A stretch of DNA of 64,000 nt, taken from assembly GCF_000026225.1 (NCBI RefSeq), contig NC_011740.1, positions 4,161,576-4,225,575 of the forward strand. The letters run 5' to 3'. The position numbers and the translations under genes were made by a program. Position 1 is the stretch's first letter. Every line of letters begins with the position of its first letter. Of the stretch, positions 1-20,429 are shown piece by piece. The notes below the pieces were generated by a model. It had not been told where the DNA came from. It saw only the letters and a program-made list of their open reading frames with translations, and did not search any database. The stretch is from Escherichia fergusonii ATCC 35469. GTDB taxonomy: Bacteria; Pseudomonadota; Gammaproteobacteria; Enterobacterales; Enterobacteriaceae.

Positions 1-1307
<1,307 letters not shown>

Positions 1308-1392
1308 CCTTAAAGAACTGTGCTTTGCAGTGCTCACACAGATTGTCTGATAGAAAGTGAAAAGCAAGGCGTCTTGCGAAGCAGACTGATAC

Positions 1393-1468
1393 GTCCCCTT
1401 CGTCTAGAGGCCCAGGACACCGCCCTTTCACGGCGGTAACAGGGGTTCGAATCCCCTAGGGGACGCCA
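1393..1468 (+). tRNA. gltV: tRNA-Glu (UUC) in the 16S-23S spacer
   Basis: 76-nt cloverleaf GTCCCCTTCGTCTAGAGGCCCAGGACACCGCCCTTTCACGGCGGTAACAGGGGTTCGAATCCCCTAGGGGACGCCA with a TTC anticodon and a GGTTCGAATCC T-arm. Confidence 0.95.
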
Positions 1469-1662
1469 CTTGCTGGTTTGTGAGTGAAAGTCGCCGACCT
1501 TAATATCGTTAAAGATGACTTACGAGTCATGTTTAAGATATTTGCTCTTTAAAAATCTGGATCAAGCTGAAAATTGAAACACTGAACAACGAAAGTTGTT
1601 CGTGAGTCTCTCAAATTTTCGCAACACGATGATGAATCGAAAGAAACATCTTCGGGTTGTGA

Positions 1663-4566
<2,904 letters not shown>

Positions 4567-4664
4567 ACAACGCCGAAGGTGTTTTGGCGGAAGAGACATC
4601 GACAAGTAAGCTTGATACAGATTAAATCGACAGGTCAGAACGGGACGTGTTGATAAACAGAATT

Positions 4665-4784
4665 TGCCTGGCGGCCTTAGCGCGGTGGTCCCACCTGACC
4701 CCATGCCGAACTCAGAAGTGAAACGCCGTAGCGCCGATGGTAGTGTGGGGTCTCCCCATGCGAGAGTAGGGAACTGCCAGGCAT
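4665..4784 (+). rRNA. rrfE: 5S ribosomal RNA
   Basis: 120 nt, TGCCTGGCGGCC...GGAACTGCCAGGCAT. Confidence 0.95.
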
Positions 4785-4796
4785 CAAATTTAGCAG

Positions 4797-4823
4797 AAGG
4801 CCATCCTGACGGATGGCCTTTTT
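4797..4823 (+). terminator. rrn operon rho-independent terminator
   Basis: GC hairpin AAGGCCATCCTGACGGATGGCCTT followed by TTTTT. Confidence 0.8.
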
Positions 4824-4901
4824 GCATTGGTGCAGAAAATAATGCCGGGTGCGACGCTGGCTGCGTCTTATCCAACCTACGCAGATACGGTAGGGGGCAG
4901 C

Positions 4902-5345
4902 TTATTCCTCCACATACGCCAGATTCAGCAACGGATACGGTTTCCCCAAATCGTCCACCTCAGAGCGCCCTGTAAACTTAAAGCCCATCTTCTTATAGAA
5001 CCCAACCGCCTGCTCATTTTGCTCATTAACATTGGTTGTCAGTTCCGGTGCCATTGAGAGTGCATGCTCCACCAGCATCCGGCCCACGCCGCAGCCGCGC
5101 ACATCAGGATCGATAAACAGCGCATCCATATGCTGCCCACTTAACAACATAAACCCAACCGGTTGATCCCGCTCATTAACCGCGACCCACAACGGTGCTT
5201 TCGGCAGAAAGGAACGCACCAGCTCTTCCAGCTCGGCCCGATACTCTGCTGATAAAAAATCGTGAGTGGCGTCGACAGAACGACACCAAATCGCAATGAG
5301 CTTTTCCCCTTCCTCATGCCGTGAGCGGCGAATACTAATAACCAT
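4902..5345 (-). CDS. yjaB: GNAT family N-acetyltransferase
   Basis: 147-aa ORF with an acetyl-CoA binding motif (RGCGVGRMLVEHAL). Its position between rrnE and metA matches K-12 as recalled. Confidence 0.8.
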   Translation of the reverse strand: MVISIRRSRHEEGEKLIAIWCRSVDATHDFLSAEYRAELEELVRSFLPKAPLWVAVNERDQPVGFMLLSGQHMDALFIDPDVRGCGVGRMLVEHALSMAPELTTNVNEQNEQAVGFYKKMGFKFTGRSEVDDLGKPYPLLNLAYVEE

Positions 5346-5458
5346 TTTCTCTCCTTTTAGTCATTCTTATATTCTAACGTAGCCTTTTCCTTGAAACTTT
5401 CTCACCTTCAACATGCAGGCTCGACATTGGCAAATTTTCTGGTTATCTTCAGCTATCT

Positions 5459-5482
5459 GGATGTCTAAACGTATAAGCGTAT
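5459..5482 (+). promoter_or_regulatory. Tandem MetJ 'met box'-like octamers upstream of metA
   Basis: GGATGTCT-AAACGTAT-AAGCGTAT resembles tandem AGACGTCT boxes. Lies 20-40 bp upstream of the metA start. Confidence 0.45.
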
Positions 5483-5501
5483 GTAGTGAGGTAATCAGGT
5501 T

Positions 5502-6431
5502 ATGCCGATTCGTGTGCCGGACGAGCTACCCGCCGTCAATTTCTTGCGTGAAGAAAACGTCTTTGTGATGACAACTTCTCGCGCGTCTGGTCAGGAAATT
5601 CGTCCGCTAAAGGTGCTTATCCTTAACCTGATGCCGAAGAAGATTGAAACTGAAAATCAGTTTTTGCGCCTGCTTTCAAACTCACCTTTGCAGGTCGATA
5701 TTCAGCTGTTGCGCATCGATTCCCGTGAATCGCGCAACACGCCCGCAGAGCATCTGAACAACTTCTATTGCAACTTTGAAGATATTCAGGAGCAGAACTT
5801 TGATGGCCTGATCGTCACCGGCGCGCCGCTGGGACTGGTGGAGTTTAATGACGTCGCTTACTGGCCGCAAATCAAACAGGTGCTGGAGTGGTCGAAAGAT
5901 CACGTCACCTCAACGCTGTTTGTCTGTTGGGCGGTACAGGCTGCGCTCAATATCCTCTATGGCATTCCTAAGCAAACCCGCACTGACAAACTCTCTGGCG
6001 TTTACGAACATCACATTCTCCATCCTCATGCACTTCTGACGCGTGGCTTTGATGATTCATTCCTGGCACCACATTCGCGCTATGCTGACTTTCCGGCAGC
6101 GTTGATTCGTGATTACACCGATCTGGAAATTCTGGCGGAGACAGAAGAAGGGGATGCCTATCTGTTTGCCAGCAAAGATAAGCGCATTGCCTTTGTGACA
6201 GGCCATCCCGAATATGATGCGCAAACGCTGGCGCAGGAATATTTCCGCGATGTGGAAGCCGGGCTGAATCCAGATGTACCGTATAACTATTTCCCGCATA
6301 ATGATCCGCAAAATACACCGCGAGCGAGCTGGCGTAGTCACGGTAATTTGCTGTTTACCAACTGGCTCAACTATTACGTCTACCAGATCACGCCATACGA
6401 TCTACGGCACATGAATCCAACGCTGGATTAA
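5502..6431 (+). CDS. metA: Homoserine O-succinyltransferase
   Basis: 309-aa [27 protein letters not shown]... matches MetA along its full length by recall. Confidence 0.9.
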   Translation: MPIRVPDELPAVNFLREENVFVMTTSRASGQEIRPLKVLILNLMPKKIETENQFLRLLSNSPLQVDIQLLRIDSRESRNTPAEHLNNFYCNFEDIQEQNFDGLIVTGAPLGLVEFNDVAYWPQIKQVLEWSKDHVTSTLFVCWAVQAALNILYGIPKQTRTDKLSGVYEHHILHPHALLTRGFDDSFLAPHSRYADFPAALIRDYTDLEILAETEEGDAYLFASKDKRIAFVTGHPEYDAQTLAQEYFRDVEAGLNPDVPYNYFPHNDPQNTPRASWRSHGNLLFTNWLNYYVYQITPYDLRHMNPTLD

Positions 6432-6474
6432 TCTTCTGTAGCAGTCGATCGTTAAGCGTTTCAGCATGTTGAAT

Positions 6475-6498
6475 CAGGCACCTTCGGGTGCCTTTTTT
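6475..6498 (+). terminator. Rho-independent terminator after metA
   Basis: AGGCACCTTCGGGTGCCT followed by TTTTTTATTT. Confidence 0.75.
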
Positions 6499-6576
6499 AT
6501 TTCCGAAAACTTCTTCATTAAGTAAATAATTTTTAATTTTACTGTTATCAATAAGTTAACCATTAATTAAATTAAA

Positions 6577-6598
6577 AATGGAAATTGTTTTTGATTTT
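6577..6598 (+). promoter_or_regulatory. aceBAK promoter region with an IclR-box-like element
   Basis: AATGGAAATTGTTTTTGATTTT is a partial match to the IclR box TGGAAATnATTTCCA, in an AT-rich region about 100 bp upstream of aceB. Confidence 0.4.
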
Positions 6599-6699
6599 AC
6601 AATTTAATTGAGTAGTCTTAGTCGTGCTGAACGAAAAGCGCACAACGATCCTTCGTTCACATTTGGGATGCAGCAGGATCAAAGACGAGGGCTTACTCA

Positions 6700-8301
6700 A
6701 TGAATCAACAGGCAACAACAACCGAAGAATTAACCTTTACCATGCCATTCGGTGAGCAGGAGAAGCATATTCTTACTTCTGATGCTGTAGCATTTCTCAC
6801 TGAACTGGTGACACGTTTTACACCTCAGCGGAATAAATTACTGGCGGCGCGCATTCAGCAGCAGCAAGATATTGATAACGGAACGTTGCCTGATTTTATT
6901 TCGGAAACAGCTTCCATTCGTGATACAGACTGGAAAATTCGTGGTATTCCTGCGGACTTAGAAGATCGTCGGGTAGAGATTACCGGACCCGTAGAGCGCA
7001 AGATGGTGATCAACGCACTGAACGCCAATGTGAAAGTCTTTATGGCCGATTTCGAAGATTCACTGGCCCCGGACTGGAACAAAGTGATCGACGGGCAAAT
7101 TAACCTGCGCGATGCGGTTAATGGCACCATCAGTTACACCAATGAAGCAGGTAAAATTTACCAGCTCAAGCCCAATCCAGCGGTTTTGATTTGTCGGGTA
7201 CGCGGTCTGCACTTGCCGGAAAAACATGTCACCTGGCGTGGTGAGGCAATCCCCGGTAGCTTGTTTGATTTTGCGCTCTATTTCTTCCACAACTATCAGG
7301 CTCTGTTGGCAAAGGGCAGCGGTCCCTATTTCTATTTGCCGAAAACCCAGTCCTGGCAGGAGGCTGCCTGGTGGCGCGAAGTCTTCAGCTATGCAGAAGA
7401 TCGCTTTAATCTGCCGCGCGGTACCATCAAGGCGACGTTGCTGATTGAAACGCTGCCCGCCGTGTTCCAGATGGACGAAATCCTTCACGCGCTGCGTGAC
7501 CATATTGTTGGTCTGAACTGCGGTCGTTGGGATTACATCTTCAGCTATATCAAAACGTTGAAAAACTATCCCGATCGCGTCCTGCCAGACAGACAGGCAG
7601 TGACGATGGATAAACCATTCCTGAATGCTTACTCACGCCTGTTGATTAAAACCTGCCATAAACGTGGTGCTTTTGCGATGGGCGGCATGGCGGCGTTTAT
7701 TCCGAGCAAAGATGAAGAGCGCAATAACCAGGTGCTCAACAAAGTAAAAGCGGATAAAGCGCTGGAAGCCAATAACGGTCACGATGGCACATGGATCGCT
7801 CACCCAGGCCTTGCGGATACGGCAATGGCGGTATTCAACGACATTCTCGGCTCCCGTAAAAATCAGCTTGAAGTGATGCGCGAACAAGACGCGCCGATTA
7901 CTGCCGATCAGCTGCTGGCACCTTGTGATGGTGAACGCACCGAAGAAGGTATGCGCGCCAACATTCGCGTGGCTGTGCAGTACATCGAAGCATGGATCTC
8001 CGGCAACGGCTGCGTGCCGATTTATGGCCTGATGGAAGATGCGGCGACGGCTGAAATTTCCCGTACCTCCATCTGGCAGTGGATCCATCACCAAAAAACG
8101 TTGAGTAATGGCAAACCGGTGACCAAAGCCTTGTTCCGCCAGATGCTGGGCGAAGAGATGAAAGTCATTGCCAGCGAACTGGGCGAAGAACGTTTCTCCC
8201 AGGGGCGTTTTGACGATGCCGCACGCTTGATGGAACAGATCACCACTTCCGATGAGTTAATTGATTTCCTGACCCTGCCAGGCTACCGCCTGTTAGCGTA
8301 A
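6700..8301 (+). CDS. aceB: Malate synthase A
   Basis: 533-aa ORF, first gene of the glyoxylate-shunt operon. Malate synthase family by recall. Confidence 0.9.
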   Translation: MNQQATTTEELTFTMPFGEQEKHILTSDAVAFLTELVTRFTPQRNKLLAARIQQQQDIDNGTLPDFISETASIRDTDWKIRGIPADLEDRRVEITGPVERKMVINALNANVKVFMADFEDSLAPDWNKVIDGQINLRDAVNGTISYTNEAGKIYQLKPNPAVLICRVRGLHLPEKHVTWRGEAIPGSLFDFALYFFHNYQALLAKGSGPYFYLPKTQSWQEAAWWREVFSYAEDRFNLPRGTIKATLLIETLPAVFQMDEILHALRDHIVGLNCGRWDYIFSYIKTLKNYPDRVLPDRQAVTMDKPFLNAYSRLLIKTCHKRGAFAMGGMAAFIPSKDEERNNQVLNKVKADKALEANNGHDGTWIAHPGLADTAMAVFNDILGSRKNQLEVMREQDAPITADQLLAPCDGERTEEGMRANIRVAVQYIEAWISGNGCVPIYGLMEDAATAEISRTSIWQWIHHQKTLSNGKPVTKALFRQMLGEEMKVIASELGEERFSQGRFDDAARLMEQITTSDELIDFLTLPGYRLLA

Positions 8302-8330
8302 ACCACCACATAACTATGGAGCATCTGCAC

Positions 8331-9635
8331 ATGAAAACCCGTACACAACAAATTGAAGAATTACAGAAAGAGTGGACTCAACCGCGTTGGGAAGGCATTA
8401 CTCGCCCGTACAGTGCGGAAGATGTGGTGAAATTACGTGGTTCAGTCAATCCGGAATGCACGCTGGCACAACTGGGTGCGGCGAAAATGTGGCGACTGCT
8501 GCACGGTGAGTCGAAAAAAGGCTACATCAACAGCCTCGGCGCACTGACTGGCGGTCAGGCGCTGCAACAGGCGAAAGCGGGTATTGAAGCAGTCTATCTG
8601 TCGGGATGGCAGGTAGCCGCGGACGCTAACCTGGCGGCCAGCATGTATCCGGATCAGTCGCTCTATCCGGCAAACTCGGTGCCAGCCGTGGTGGAGCGGA
8701 TCAACAACACCTTCCGTCGTGCCGATCAGATCCAATGGTCCGCGGGCATTGAGCCGGGCGATCCGCGCTATGTCGATTACTTCCTGCCGATCGTTGCCGA
8801 TGCGGAAGCCGGTTTTGGCGGTGTCCTGAATGCCTTTGAACTGATGAAAGCGATGATTGAAGCCGGTGCAGCGGCAGTTCACTTCGAAGATCAGCTGGCG
8901 TCCGTGAAAAAATGCGGTCATATGGGCGGTAAAGTACTGGTGCCAACTCAGGAAGCAATCCAGAAACTGGTTGCGGCGCGTCTGGCTGCCGACGTTACGG
9001 GCGTTCCAACCCTGCTGGTTGCACGTACCGATGCTGATGCGGCGGATTTGATCACCTCCGATTGCGACCCGTATGACAGCGAATTTATTACCGGCGAGCG
9101 CACCAACGAAGGCTTCTTCCGTACTCATGCAGGCATTGAGCAAGCAATCAGCCGTGGCCTGGCGTATGCGCCGTATGCTGACCTGGTTTGGTGTGAAACC
9201 TCTACGCCGGATCTGGAACTGGCGCGTCGCTTTGCGGAAGCTATCCACGCGAAATATCCAGGCAAACTGCTGGCTTATAACTGCTCGCCGTCGTTCAACT
9301 GGCAGAAAAATCTCGACGACAAAACTATTGCCAGCTTCCAGCAGCAGCTGTCGGATATGGGCTACAAGTTCCAGTTCATCACCCTGGCAGGCATCCACAG
9401 CATGTGGTTTAACATGTTCGACCTGGCAAACGCCTATGCCCAGGGCGAAGGTATGAAGCACTATGTTGAAAAAGTGCAGCAACCGGAATTTGCCGCCGCG
9501 AAAGATGGCTACACCTTCGTTTCTCATCAACAGGAAGTGGGTACAGGTTACTTCGATAAAGTGACGACCATTATTCAGGGCGGCACGTCGTCGGTTACCG
9601 CGCTGACCGGCTCCACCGAAGAATCGCAGTTCTAA
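8331..9635 (+). CDS. aceA: Isocitrate lyase
   Basis: 434 aa from [15 protein letters not shown] (the track ORF begins 5 codons earlier). Isocitrate lyase signature K-K-C-G-H present (KKCGHMGGK). Confidence 0.9.
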   Translation: MKTRTQQIEELQKEWTQPRWEGITRPYSAEDVVKLRGSVNPECTLAQLGAAKMWRLLHGESKKGYINSLGALTGGQALQQAKAGIEAVYLSGWQVAADANLAASMYPDQSLYPANSVPAVVERINNTFRRADQIQWSAGIEPGDPRYVDYFLPIVADAEAGFGGVLNAFELMKAMIEAGAAAVHFEDQLASVKKCGHMGGKVLVPTQEAIQKLVAARLAADVTGVPTLLVARTDADAADLITSDCDPYDSEFITGERTNEGFFRTHAGIEQAISRGLAYAPYADLVWCETSTPDLELARRFAEAIHAKYPGKLLAYNCSPSFNWQKNLDDKTIASFQQQLSDMGYKFQFITLAGIHSMWFNMFDLANAYAQGEGMKHYVEKVQQPEFAAAKDGYTFVSHQQEVGTGYFDKVTTIIQGGTSSVTALTGSTEESQF

Positions 9636-9674
9636 TAACCAACGCCCCTTTCCGTAAGGCGAGGGGCGAATTAA

Positions 9675-11417
<1,743 letters not shown>

Positions 11418-11477
11418 TCACATTTTATCTGGGTCAAATGAGTGATATATTTTCACCCACTAATTCCGGGAGAAAAT

Positions 11478-12899
11478 ATGACTGAATTCGATCTGTTAGC
11501 TCAGGAGCTGCTGGAGAAAGCAGCCAATGATGAAAAAAACCAACAGGAGCGCGATAAACAACTTATCGATCGGGTTCTGGAAATCTACGATCAGAAATAC
11601 GTTGCTGAATTACTTAGAAAAATTGGTAAAAATGAGTGGAGTCGGGAAACACTTAACCGCTGGGTAAATGGCAAAAGTAAACCAAAAACACTCACTCAGG
11701 CGGAAGTTGAGCTATTAAGAAAAATGCTTCCAGAGCCACCAGCCCACCATCCAAATTATGCGTTTCGGTTTATTGATCTATTTGCCGGAATTGGTGGTAT
11801 CCGTAAGGGGTTTGAGGCAATTGGAGGTCAATGTGTATTTACCAGTGAGTGGAATAAGGAGGCTGTTCGCACTTATAAGGCAAACTGGTATAACGACGAA
11901 AGTAGCCATACATTTAATCATGATATACGCGAGGTCACGTTAAGCGCCGATGATACGGTAAGTGAAAAACAAGCGTATGCACATATTCAGCGTCATATTC
12001 CTGATCACGACGTATTACTGGCGGGATTTCCTTGCCAGCCATTCAGTCTGGCAGGGGTCAGTAAGAAAAATTCTCTCGGGCGTGCGCACGGTTTTGAATG
12101 CGAAACACAAGGCACTCTATTTTTTGATGTTGCACGGATTATTAAAGCAAAGCGCCCGGCGATATTTGTACTGGAAAATGTCAAAAACTTAAAAAGCCAT
12201 GATAAAGGTAAGACCTTTAAGGTCATTATGAATACCCTTGATGAGCTGGGCTATGAAGTGGCCAACGCTCATGAAACCGGGAAGGATGATCCTAAAATCA
12301 TTGATGGCAAACATTTCCTCCCGCAGCATCGTGAGCGGATTGTGCTGGTGGGTTTCCGTCGTGATCTCAATATTCATCAAGGTTTTACTTTACGGGATAT
12401 TGATCGTTTCTATCCGCAGCAAAGACCGCTCTTTGGTCAACTACTGGAATCCTCTGTTGATAGCAAATACATCCTCAGCCCAAAGCTCTGGCAATATCTG
12501 TATAACTATGCCAAAAAACATGCGGCGAAAGGCAATGGTTTTGGATTTGGGTTGGTTGATCCAAATAATGCAAATAGCGTCGCCAGGACATTATCTGCCC
12601 GTTACCATAAAGATGGCTCAGAAATATTGATCGACCGGGGCTGGGACAAGGCGCTTGGGGAGATAGATTTTAACAATGCTGAAAATCAGGCGAACAGACC
12701 ACGCAGATTAACGCCTCGCGAGTGTGCTCGTCTGATGGGATTTGAATCCCCTGGCGGGAAACCGTTCCGTATACCGGTTTCAGATACACAGGCTTACCGT
12801 CAATTTGGTAACTCAGTCGTCGTACCGGTATTTGCAGCAGTTGCGAAACTGCTTAAGCCCTATATTTTGCAGGCCACCAGTAAATCGATAAAAAAATAA
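11478..12899 (+). CDS. DNA (cytosine-5)-methyltransferase of the Dcm/EcoRII-methylase family; no adjacent restriction or vsr gene
   Basis: Motif [11 protein letters not shown], motif IV PCQPFS (catalytic Cys), motif VI ENVKNL, and C-terminal QFGNSV. The N-terminal ~90-aa extension and the target-recognition region resemble E. coli Dcm by recall. Start chosen at MTEFDLL (SD GGGAGA); the track ORF begins 12 codons upstream. Confidence 0.8.
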   Translation: MTEFDLLAQELLEKAANDEKNQQERDKQLIDRVLEIYDQKYVAELLRKIGKNEWSRETLNRWVNGKSKPKTLTQAEVELLRKMLPEPPAHHPNYAFRFIDLFAGIGGIRKGFEAIGGQCVFTSEWNKEAVRTYKANWYNDESSHTFNHDIREVTLSADDTVSEKQAYAHIQRHIPDHDVLLAGFPCQPFSLAGVSKKNSLGRAHGFECETQGTLFFDVARIIKAKRPAIFVLENVKNLKSHDKGKTFKVIMNTLDELGYEVANAHETGKDDPKIIDGKHFLPQHRERIVLVGFRRDLNIHQGFTLRDIDRFYPQQRPLFGQLLESSVDSKYILSPKLWQYLYNYAKKHAAKGNGFGFGLVDPNNANSVARTLSARYHKDGSEILIDRGWDKALGEIDFNNAENQANRPRRLTPRECARLMGFESPGGKPFRIPVSDTQAYRQFGNSVVVPVFAAVAKLLKPYILQATSKSIKK

Positions 12900-12906
12900 A
12901 TTGATC

Positions 12907-12934
12907 GTTATACCCGGCACGCTCCGGGTATAAC
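12907..12934. terminator. Bidirectional stem-loop between the methyltransferase gene and iclR
   Basis: GTTATACCCGGCACGCTCCGGGTATAAC is a perfect inverted repeat. Confidence 0.6.
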
Positions 12935-12946
12935 GCATCACTTTTC

Positions 12947-13771
12947 TTACCGCATTCCACCGTATGCCAGCGTCACTTCCTTCGCGGCTTTAATGACCAT
13001 TGCGCCAAACTCAGTCACGCGGTCATCGGTGATCCGCGATACTGGCCCGGAAATTGAAATAGCGGCAAATGGTTCGCGATGTTCATCAAAAATACATGAT
13101 GCCAGGCAGCGCAGACCCAATGCATGTTCTTCATCATCAAATGAATAACCCCGTTTGCGTGTCTGGGCGAGATCTTCTTTCAGGTGGACTGGCGACACCA
13201 GAGTAGCGTGGGTATAGGCATGTAACCCTTTGCGATGCAGCAGTTTCGTGACCTGCTCTTCACTGAGTTGCGATAAAAACGCTTTACCCGCACCGGAAGC
13301 ATGCATTGGCAGTTTGCCACCAATGGGCGCGGACATACGCATCAGTTGTGTACATTGCACCTGGTCGATGATGACGGCTTCATGGTCGCTTTGATCGAGT
13401 ACCGCCAGGTTGACTGTCTCACCAGAATCTTCCATTAATTTCCGCAGAATAGGGTGAACAATGGCAAGCAGGTTGCGGCTTTGCAAAAAGCTGCTGCCAA
13501 CCACAAAGGCATGTGCGCCCACCGCCCAGTGACCCAGTTCGCCAACCTGACGGACAAAGCCCTGTTGCTGCATGGTTGTGAGCAATCGATGGGTGGTAGA
13601 GTTGGGTAATCCCGCTTGCTGTGCCAGTTCCGTGAGTGCCACACTGCCATTGGATTCGGCTATCCATTCCAGTAATTTCAGGCCACGCGTTAAAGACTGT
13701 ACTTGCCCGGTAGCGGGGGCGGTGGCAGCGGCGGGTTTTCTGCCGCGTTTTGCGGGAACAGGTGCGACCAT
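12947..13771 (-). CDS. iclR: Glyoxylate shunt repressor IclR
   Basis: 274 aa from MVAPVPAKRGRKPA. IclR-family HTH plus effector domain. Convergent with the methyltransferase gene and divergent from metH. Confidence 0.9.
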   Translation of the reverse strand: MVAPVPAKRGRKPAAATAPATGQVQSLTRGLKLLEWIAESNGSVALTELAQQAGLPNSTTHRLLTTMQQQGFVRQVGELGHWAVGAHAFVVGSSFLQSRNLLAIVHPILRKLMEDSGETVNLAVLDQSDHEAVIIDQVQCTQLMRMSAPIGGKLPMHASGAGKAFLSQLSEEQVTKLLHRKGLHAYTHATLVSPVHLKEDLAQTRKRGYSFDDEEHALGLRCLASCIFDEHREPFAAISISGPVSRITDDRVTEFGAMVIKAAKEVTLAYGGMR

Positions 13772-13794
13772 GACAGCCTCCTTTTTCTGTATCG

Positions 13795-13809
13795 TGGAAA
13801 TCATTTTCA
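13795..13809. promoter_or_regulatory. IclR autoregulatory operator
   Basis: TGGAAATCATTTTCA is a near-consensus IclR box (TGGAAATnATTTCCA), 24 bp upstream of the iclR start. Confidence 0.5.
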
Positions 13810-13970
13810 TTTTTATTGCTATCTAATGCAATAGTTGCCACACTGATCCGATGAGTTAATGTTGAACAAATCTCATGTTGCGTGGTGCTCGCTTTTACCA
13901 CAGATGCGTTTATGCCAGTATGGTTTGTTGAATTTTTATTAAATCTGGGTTGAGCGTGTCGGGAGCAAGT

Positions 13971-17654
<3,684 letters not shown>

Positions 17655-17660
17655 ATGATA

Positions 17661-17684
17661 ATACCGGGGTATTTGCCCCGGTAT
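17661..17684 (+). terminator. Stem-loop after metH
   Basis: ATACCGGGGTATTTGCCCCGGTAT. Confidence 0.6.
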
Positions 17685-17713
17685 TTAATGTCATAAATAA
17701 TGGATTATTGAAA

Positions 17714-18034
17714 ATGATAAAAATTGATGAAATAGATTTTTTCGCTTTCGAAGGACGTTCAGAAGCCGAAGTTACTGAACTATTAGGGAAAAAACCAACA
17801 GGTTATAATGATTGGATAATTAATATAAAAACAGGTGTGGAGTGGGTATTTTCTGATGGTTGCTTTTGGTTGGATTTTCGTAAATCCAAAGAGGGGATAA
17901 GGTGTATCTCATGCAGTATTCTGTATCACGATAAAAGTAAAGGGCGTATCGACGTCTTCTTTAGCGAAGGTATGGCTGACAGAGGTTTAAAAAATACGGG
18001 TGGAGTGTTAATCCAAAAACGCCCGCAATTATAA
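17714..18034 (+). CDS. Hypothetical small soluble protein (AT-rich accessory gene)
   Basis: About 106 aa with no recognisable motif. Estimated by eye at about 33% GC, in an AT-rich insertion between metH and yjbB. Confidence 0.45.
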   Translation: MIKIDEIDFFAFEGRSEAEVTELLGKKPTGYNDWIINIKTGVEWVFSDGCFWLDFRKSKEGIRCISCSILYHDKSKGRIDVFFSEGMADRGLKNTGGVLIQKRPQL

Positions 18035-18076
18035 TAATCCCTGGTAATATTTGTTTTCGTAAAAAGGATTTACTTT

Positions 18077-18526
18077 ATGCAACGTCAATACAAAAAATAC
18101 ATTCTTCTTTTTTGGGGTGTCATGGATGTTATCGCCATAGCCACATATCTATTCTACTCGGTTGGTAATGGTCGTATCCCTTTTTATTCCGATATCGTTC
18201 ATTCAATTTCCTTACTTAAAGCTATCGGCATTGAAGGTGGTTTTTACGCGTATGCAGTCGCCACTGTTACGCTACAAATAGTATTATTGTTCTCTTTATT
18301 CTTTTCTGCGCAATCTTTTTTAAAACAAAAATTGTTTAGTTTCTCTTTTTTTGCGATTCAGGAATTTATACGTTTTGCTACCGTAAGCTGTTCAATCTCC
18401 GTAATACCGTTGATACTTAATTATTTTGATTCACAGAATCTGGTCTTAAATATTTCGTTGTTTATCTTCTCAGAGGTCACAAAAGTGACAACGTTTATCT
18501 GGTGTAAACGGCAAGAAAAAATGTGA
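18077..18526 (+). CDS. Hypothetical membrane protein with 4 predicted TM helices (AT-rich accessory gene)
   Basis: 149 aa. Good SD (AAAAGGAT) 8 nt upstream. Four hydrophobic segments. No family recognised. Confidence 0.5.
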   Translation: MQRQYKKYILLFWGVMDVIAIATYLFYSVGNGRIPFYSDIVHSISLLKAIGIEGGFYAYAVATVTLQIVLLFSLFFSAQSFLKQKLFSFSFFAIQEFIRFATVSCSISVIPLILNYFDSQNLVLNISLFIFSEVTKVTTFIWCKRQEKM

Positions 18527-18696
18527 CAAAAATAACAACAGGTATAGGTGGATTTTTATATAGATGCCTTTTTAAATGCTTTCTTGTATAAATCTCTTAT
18601 ACTGAAAGTACATACAAGTGAAATGCTTGGATAAAAACAACGTGATTAGAAAAATCTTAACAGGAAAATGCATAACAAAAAGGAGAACCTGATTCC

Positions 18697-20328
18697 GTGC
18701 TAACTTTGCTTCACCTGCTTTCCGCTGTCGCCCTACTGGTTTGGGGGACGCATATTGTGCGCACTGGCGTTATGCGCGTCTTTGGTGCTCGTCTGCGTAC
18801 CGTTCTTAGCCGTAGCGTAGAAAAAAAACCGCTTGCCTTTTGTGCGGGGATTGGCGTTACCGCGTTGGTTCAAAGCAGTAATGCCACCACCATGCTGGTG
18901 ACATCTTTTGTCGCTCAGGATCTTGTCGCTCTCGCGCCGGCCCTGGTCATTGTACTGGGTGCTGATGTTGGAACGGCGCTAATGGCGCGAATCCTCACCT
19001 TCGACTTATCCTGGTTGTCACCGCTACTCATTTTTATTGGGGTTATCTTTTTCCTCGGACGCAAACAGTCGCGTGCCGGGCAGTTGGGGCGTGTAGGTAT
19101 TGGTCTTGGGTTGATTTTGTTGGCACTGGAGTTGATTGTTCAGGCCGTCACACCGATTACTCAGGCCAGCGGCGTTCAGGTGATCTTTGCCTCATTGACG
19201 GGCGATATTTTACTGGATGCGTTGATAGGCGCGATGTTCGCCATTATCAGTTATTCCAGTCTTGCCGCTGTACTGTTGACCGCTACCCTGACTACTGCTG
19301 GTATTATTTCTTTTCCGGTAGCGCTGTGCCTGGTCATTGGCGCAAACCTTGGTTCTGGTTTGCTGGCTATGCTCAACAACAGTGCCGCAAATGCTGCTGC
19401 ACGACGTGTCGCTTTGGGTAGCCTGCTGTTTAAGCTGGTGGGTAGCCTGATTATCCTGCCATTTGTCCATCTGCTGGCGAACACGATGGGTAAGTTGCCG
19501 CTACCAAAAGCGGAACTGGTTATCTATTTCCACGTCTTCTATAACCTGGTGCGTTGTCTGCTGATGTTGCCATTTGTAGATCCGATGGCGCGGTTTTGTA
19601 AGCGTATTATCCGCGATGACCCTGAACTTGACGGGCATCTTAAACCCAAACATCTTGATGTCAGCGCGCTCGATACTCCTACGCTTGCCCTGGCAAATGC
19701 CGCCCGTGAAACGCTGCGTATTGGCGACGTGATGGAGCAAATGATGGAAGGACTATATAAAGTGATGCACGGTGCGCCTCGTGAGGAGAAAGAGCTGCGC
19801 AAGCTGGCGGACGATATCAATGTGTTATACACCGCCATTAAACTTTATCTGGCGCGGATGCCAAAAGAGGAACTGGCAGAAGAGGAGTCGCGGCGCTGGG
19901 CAGAAATTATTGAGATGTCACTTAACCTTGAACAGGCATCAGATATCGTCGAGCGCATGGGTAGTGAAATTGCTGATAAATCGCTGGCAGCACGACGGGC
20001 GTTTTCGATTGATGGTCTGAAGGAACTGGATGCGCTCTATAGCCAACTGCTCAGTAACTTAAAATTGGCGATGTCAGTCTTTTTCTCCGGCGATGTTACC
20101 AGTGCTCGCCGTTTACGCCGTAGCAAGCATCGCTTTCGTATTTTGAATCGCCGTTATTCCCATGCCCACGTTGATCGTCTGCATCAGCAAAACGTGCAGA
20201 GCATTGAGACCAGTTCACTTCACTTAGGCTTGTTAGGTGATATGCAGCGTCTGAATTCGTTATTTTGTTCCGTGGCTTATAGCGTTCTGGAACAACCGGA
20301 GGAAGACGACGAACGGGACGAGTATTAA
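18697..20328 (+). CDS. yjbB: Na+/phosphate symporter-family (PhoU-domain) membrane protein
   Basis: 543 aa, GTG start with SD AGGAGA. Matches YjbB full length by recall. Confidence 0.85.
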   Translation: MLTLLHLLSAVALLVWGTHIVRTGVMRVFGARLRTVLSRSVEKKPLAFCAGIGVTALVQSSNATTMLVTSFVAQDLVALAPALVIVLGADVGTALMARILTFDLSWLSPLLIFIGVIFFLGRKQSRAGQLGRVGIGLGLILLALELIVQAVTPITQASGVQVIFASLTGDILLDALIGAMFAIISYSSLAAVLLTATLTTAGIISFPVALCLVIGANLGSGLLAMLNNSAANAAARRVALGSLLFKLVGSLIILPFVHLLANTMGKLPLPKAELVIYFHVFYNLVRCLLMLPFVDPMARFCKRIIRDDPELDGHLKPKHLDVSALDTPTLALANAARETLRIGDVMEQMMEGLYKVMHGAPREEKELRKLADDINVLYTAIKLYLARMPKEELAEEESRRWAEIIEMSLNLEQASDIVERMGSEIADKSLAARRAFSIDGLKELDALYSQLLSNLKLAMSVFFSGDVTSARRLRRSKHRFRILNRRYSHAHVDRLHQQNVQSIETSSLHLGLLGDMQRLNSLFCSVAYSVLEQPEEDDERDEY

Positions 20329-20429
20329 GAAAGCGTTCTGGATAGCAATAAAATTGATATCCAGATCGTCAGTTTATGAGGTTTGGCGAGTATAATCCCA
20401 GCAAATTTCCAACAGGTTTAACGACGAAG

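Noticed and set aside
8442-9530. 362-aa ORF antisense to aceA; similar long antisense ORFs inside metH (15276..15635, 15861..16283), pgi (53697..54473) and xylE (59294..60115)
   Set aside because: Arginine/cysteine-rich, low-complexity translations without motifs. They are mirror frames of well-supported genes in GC-rich coding DNA.
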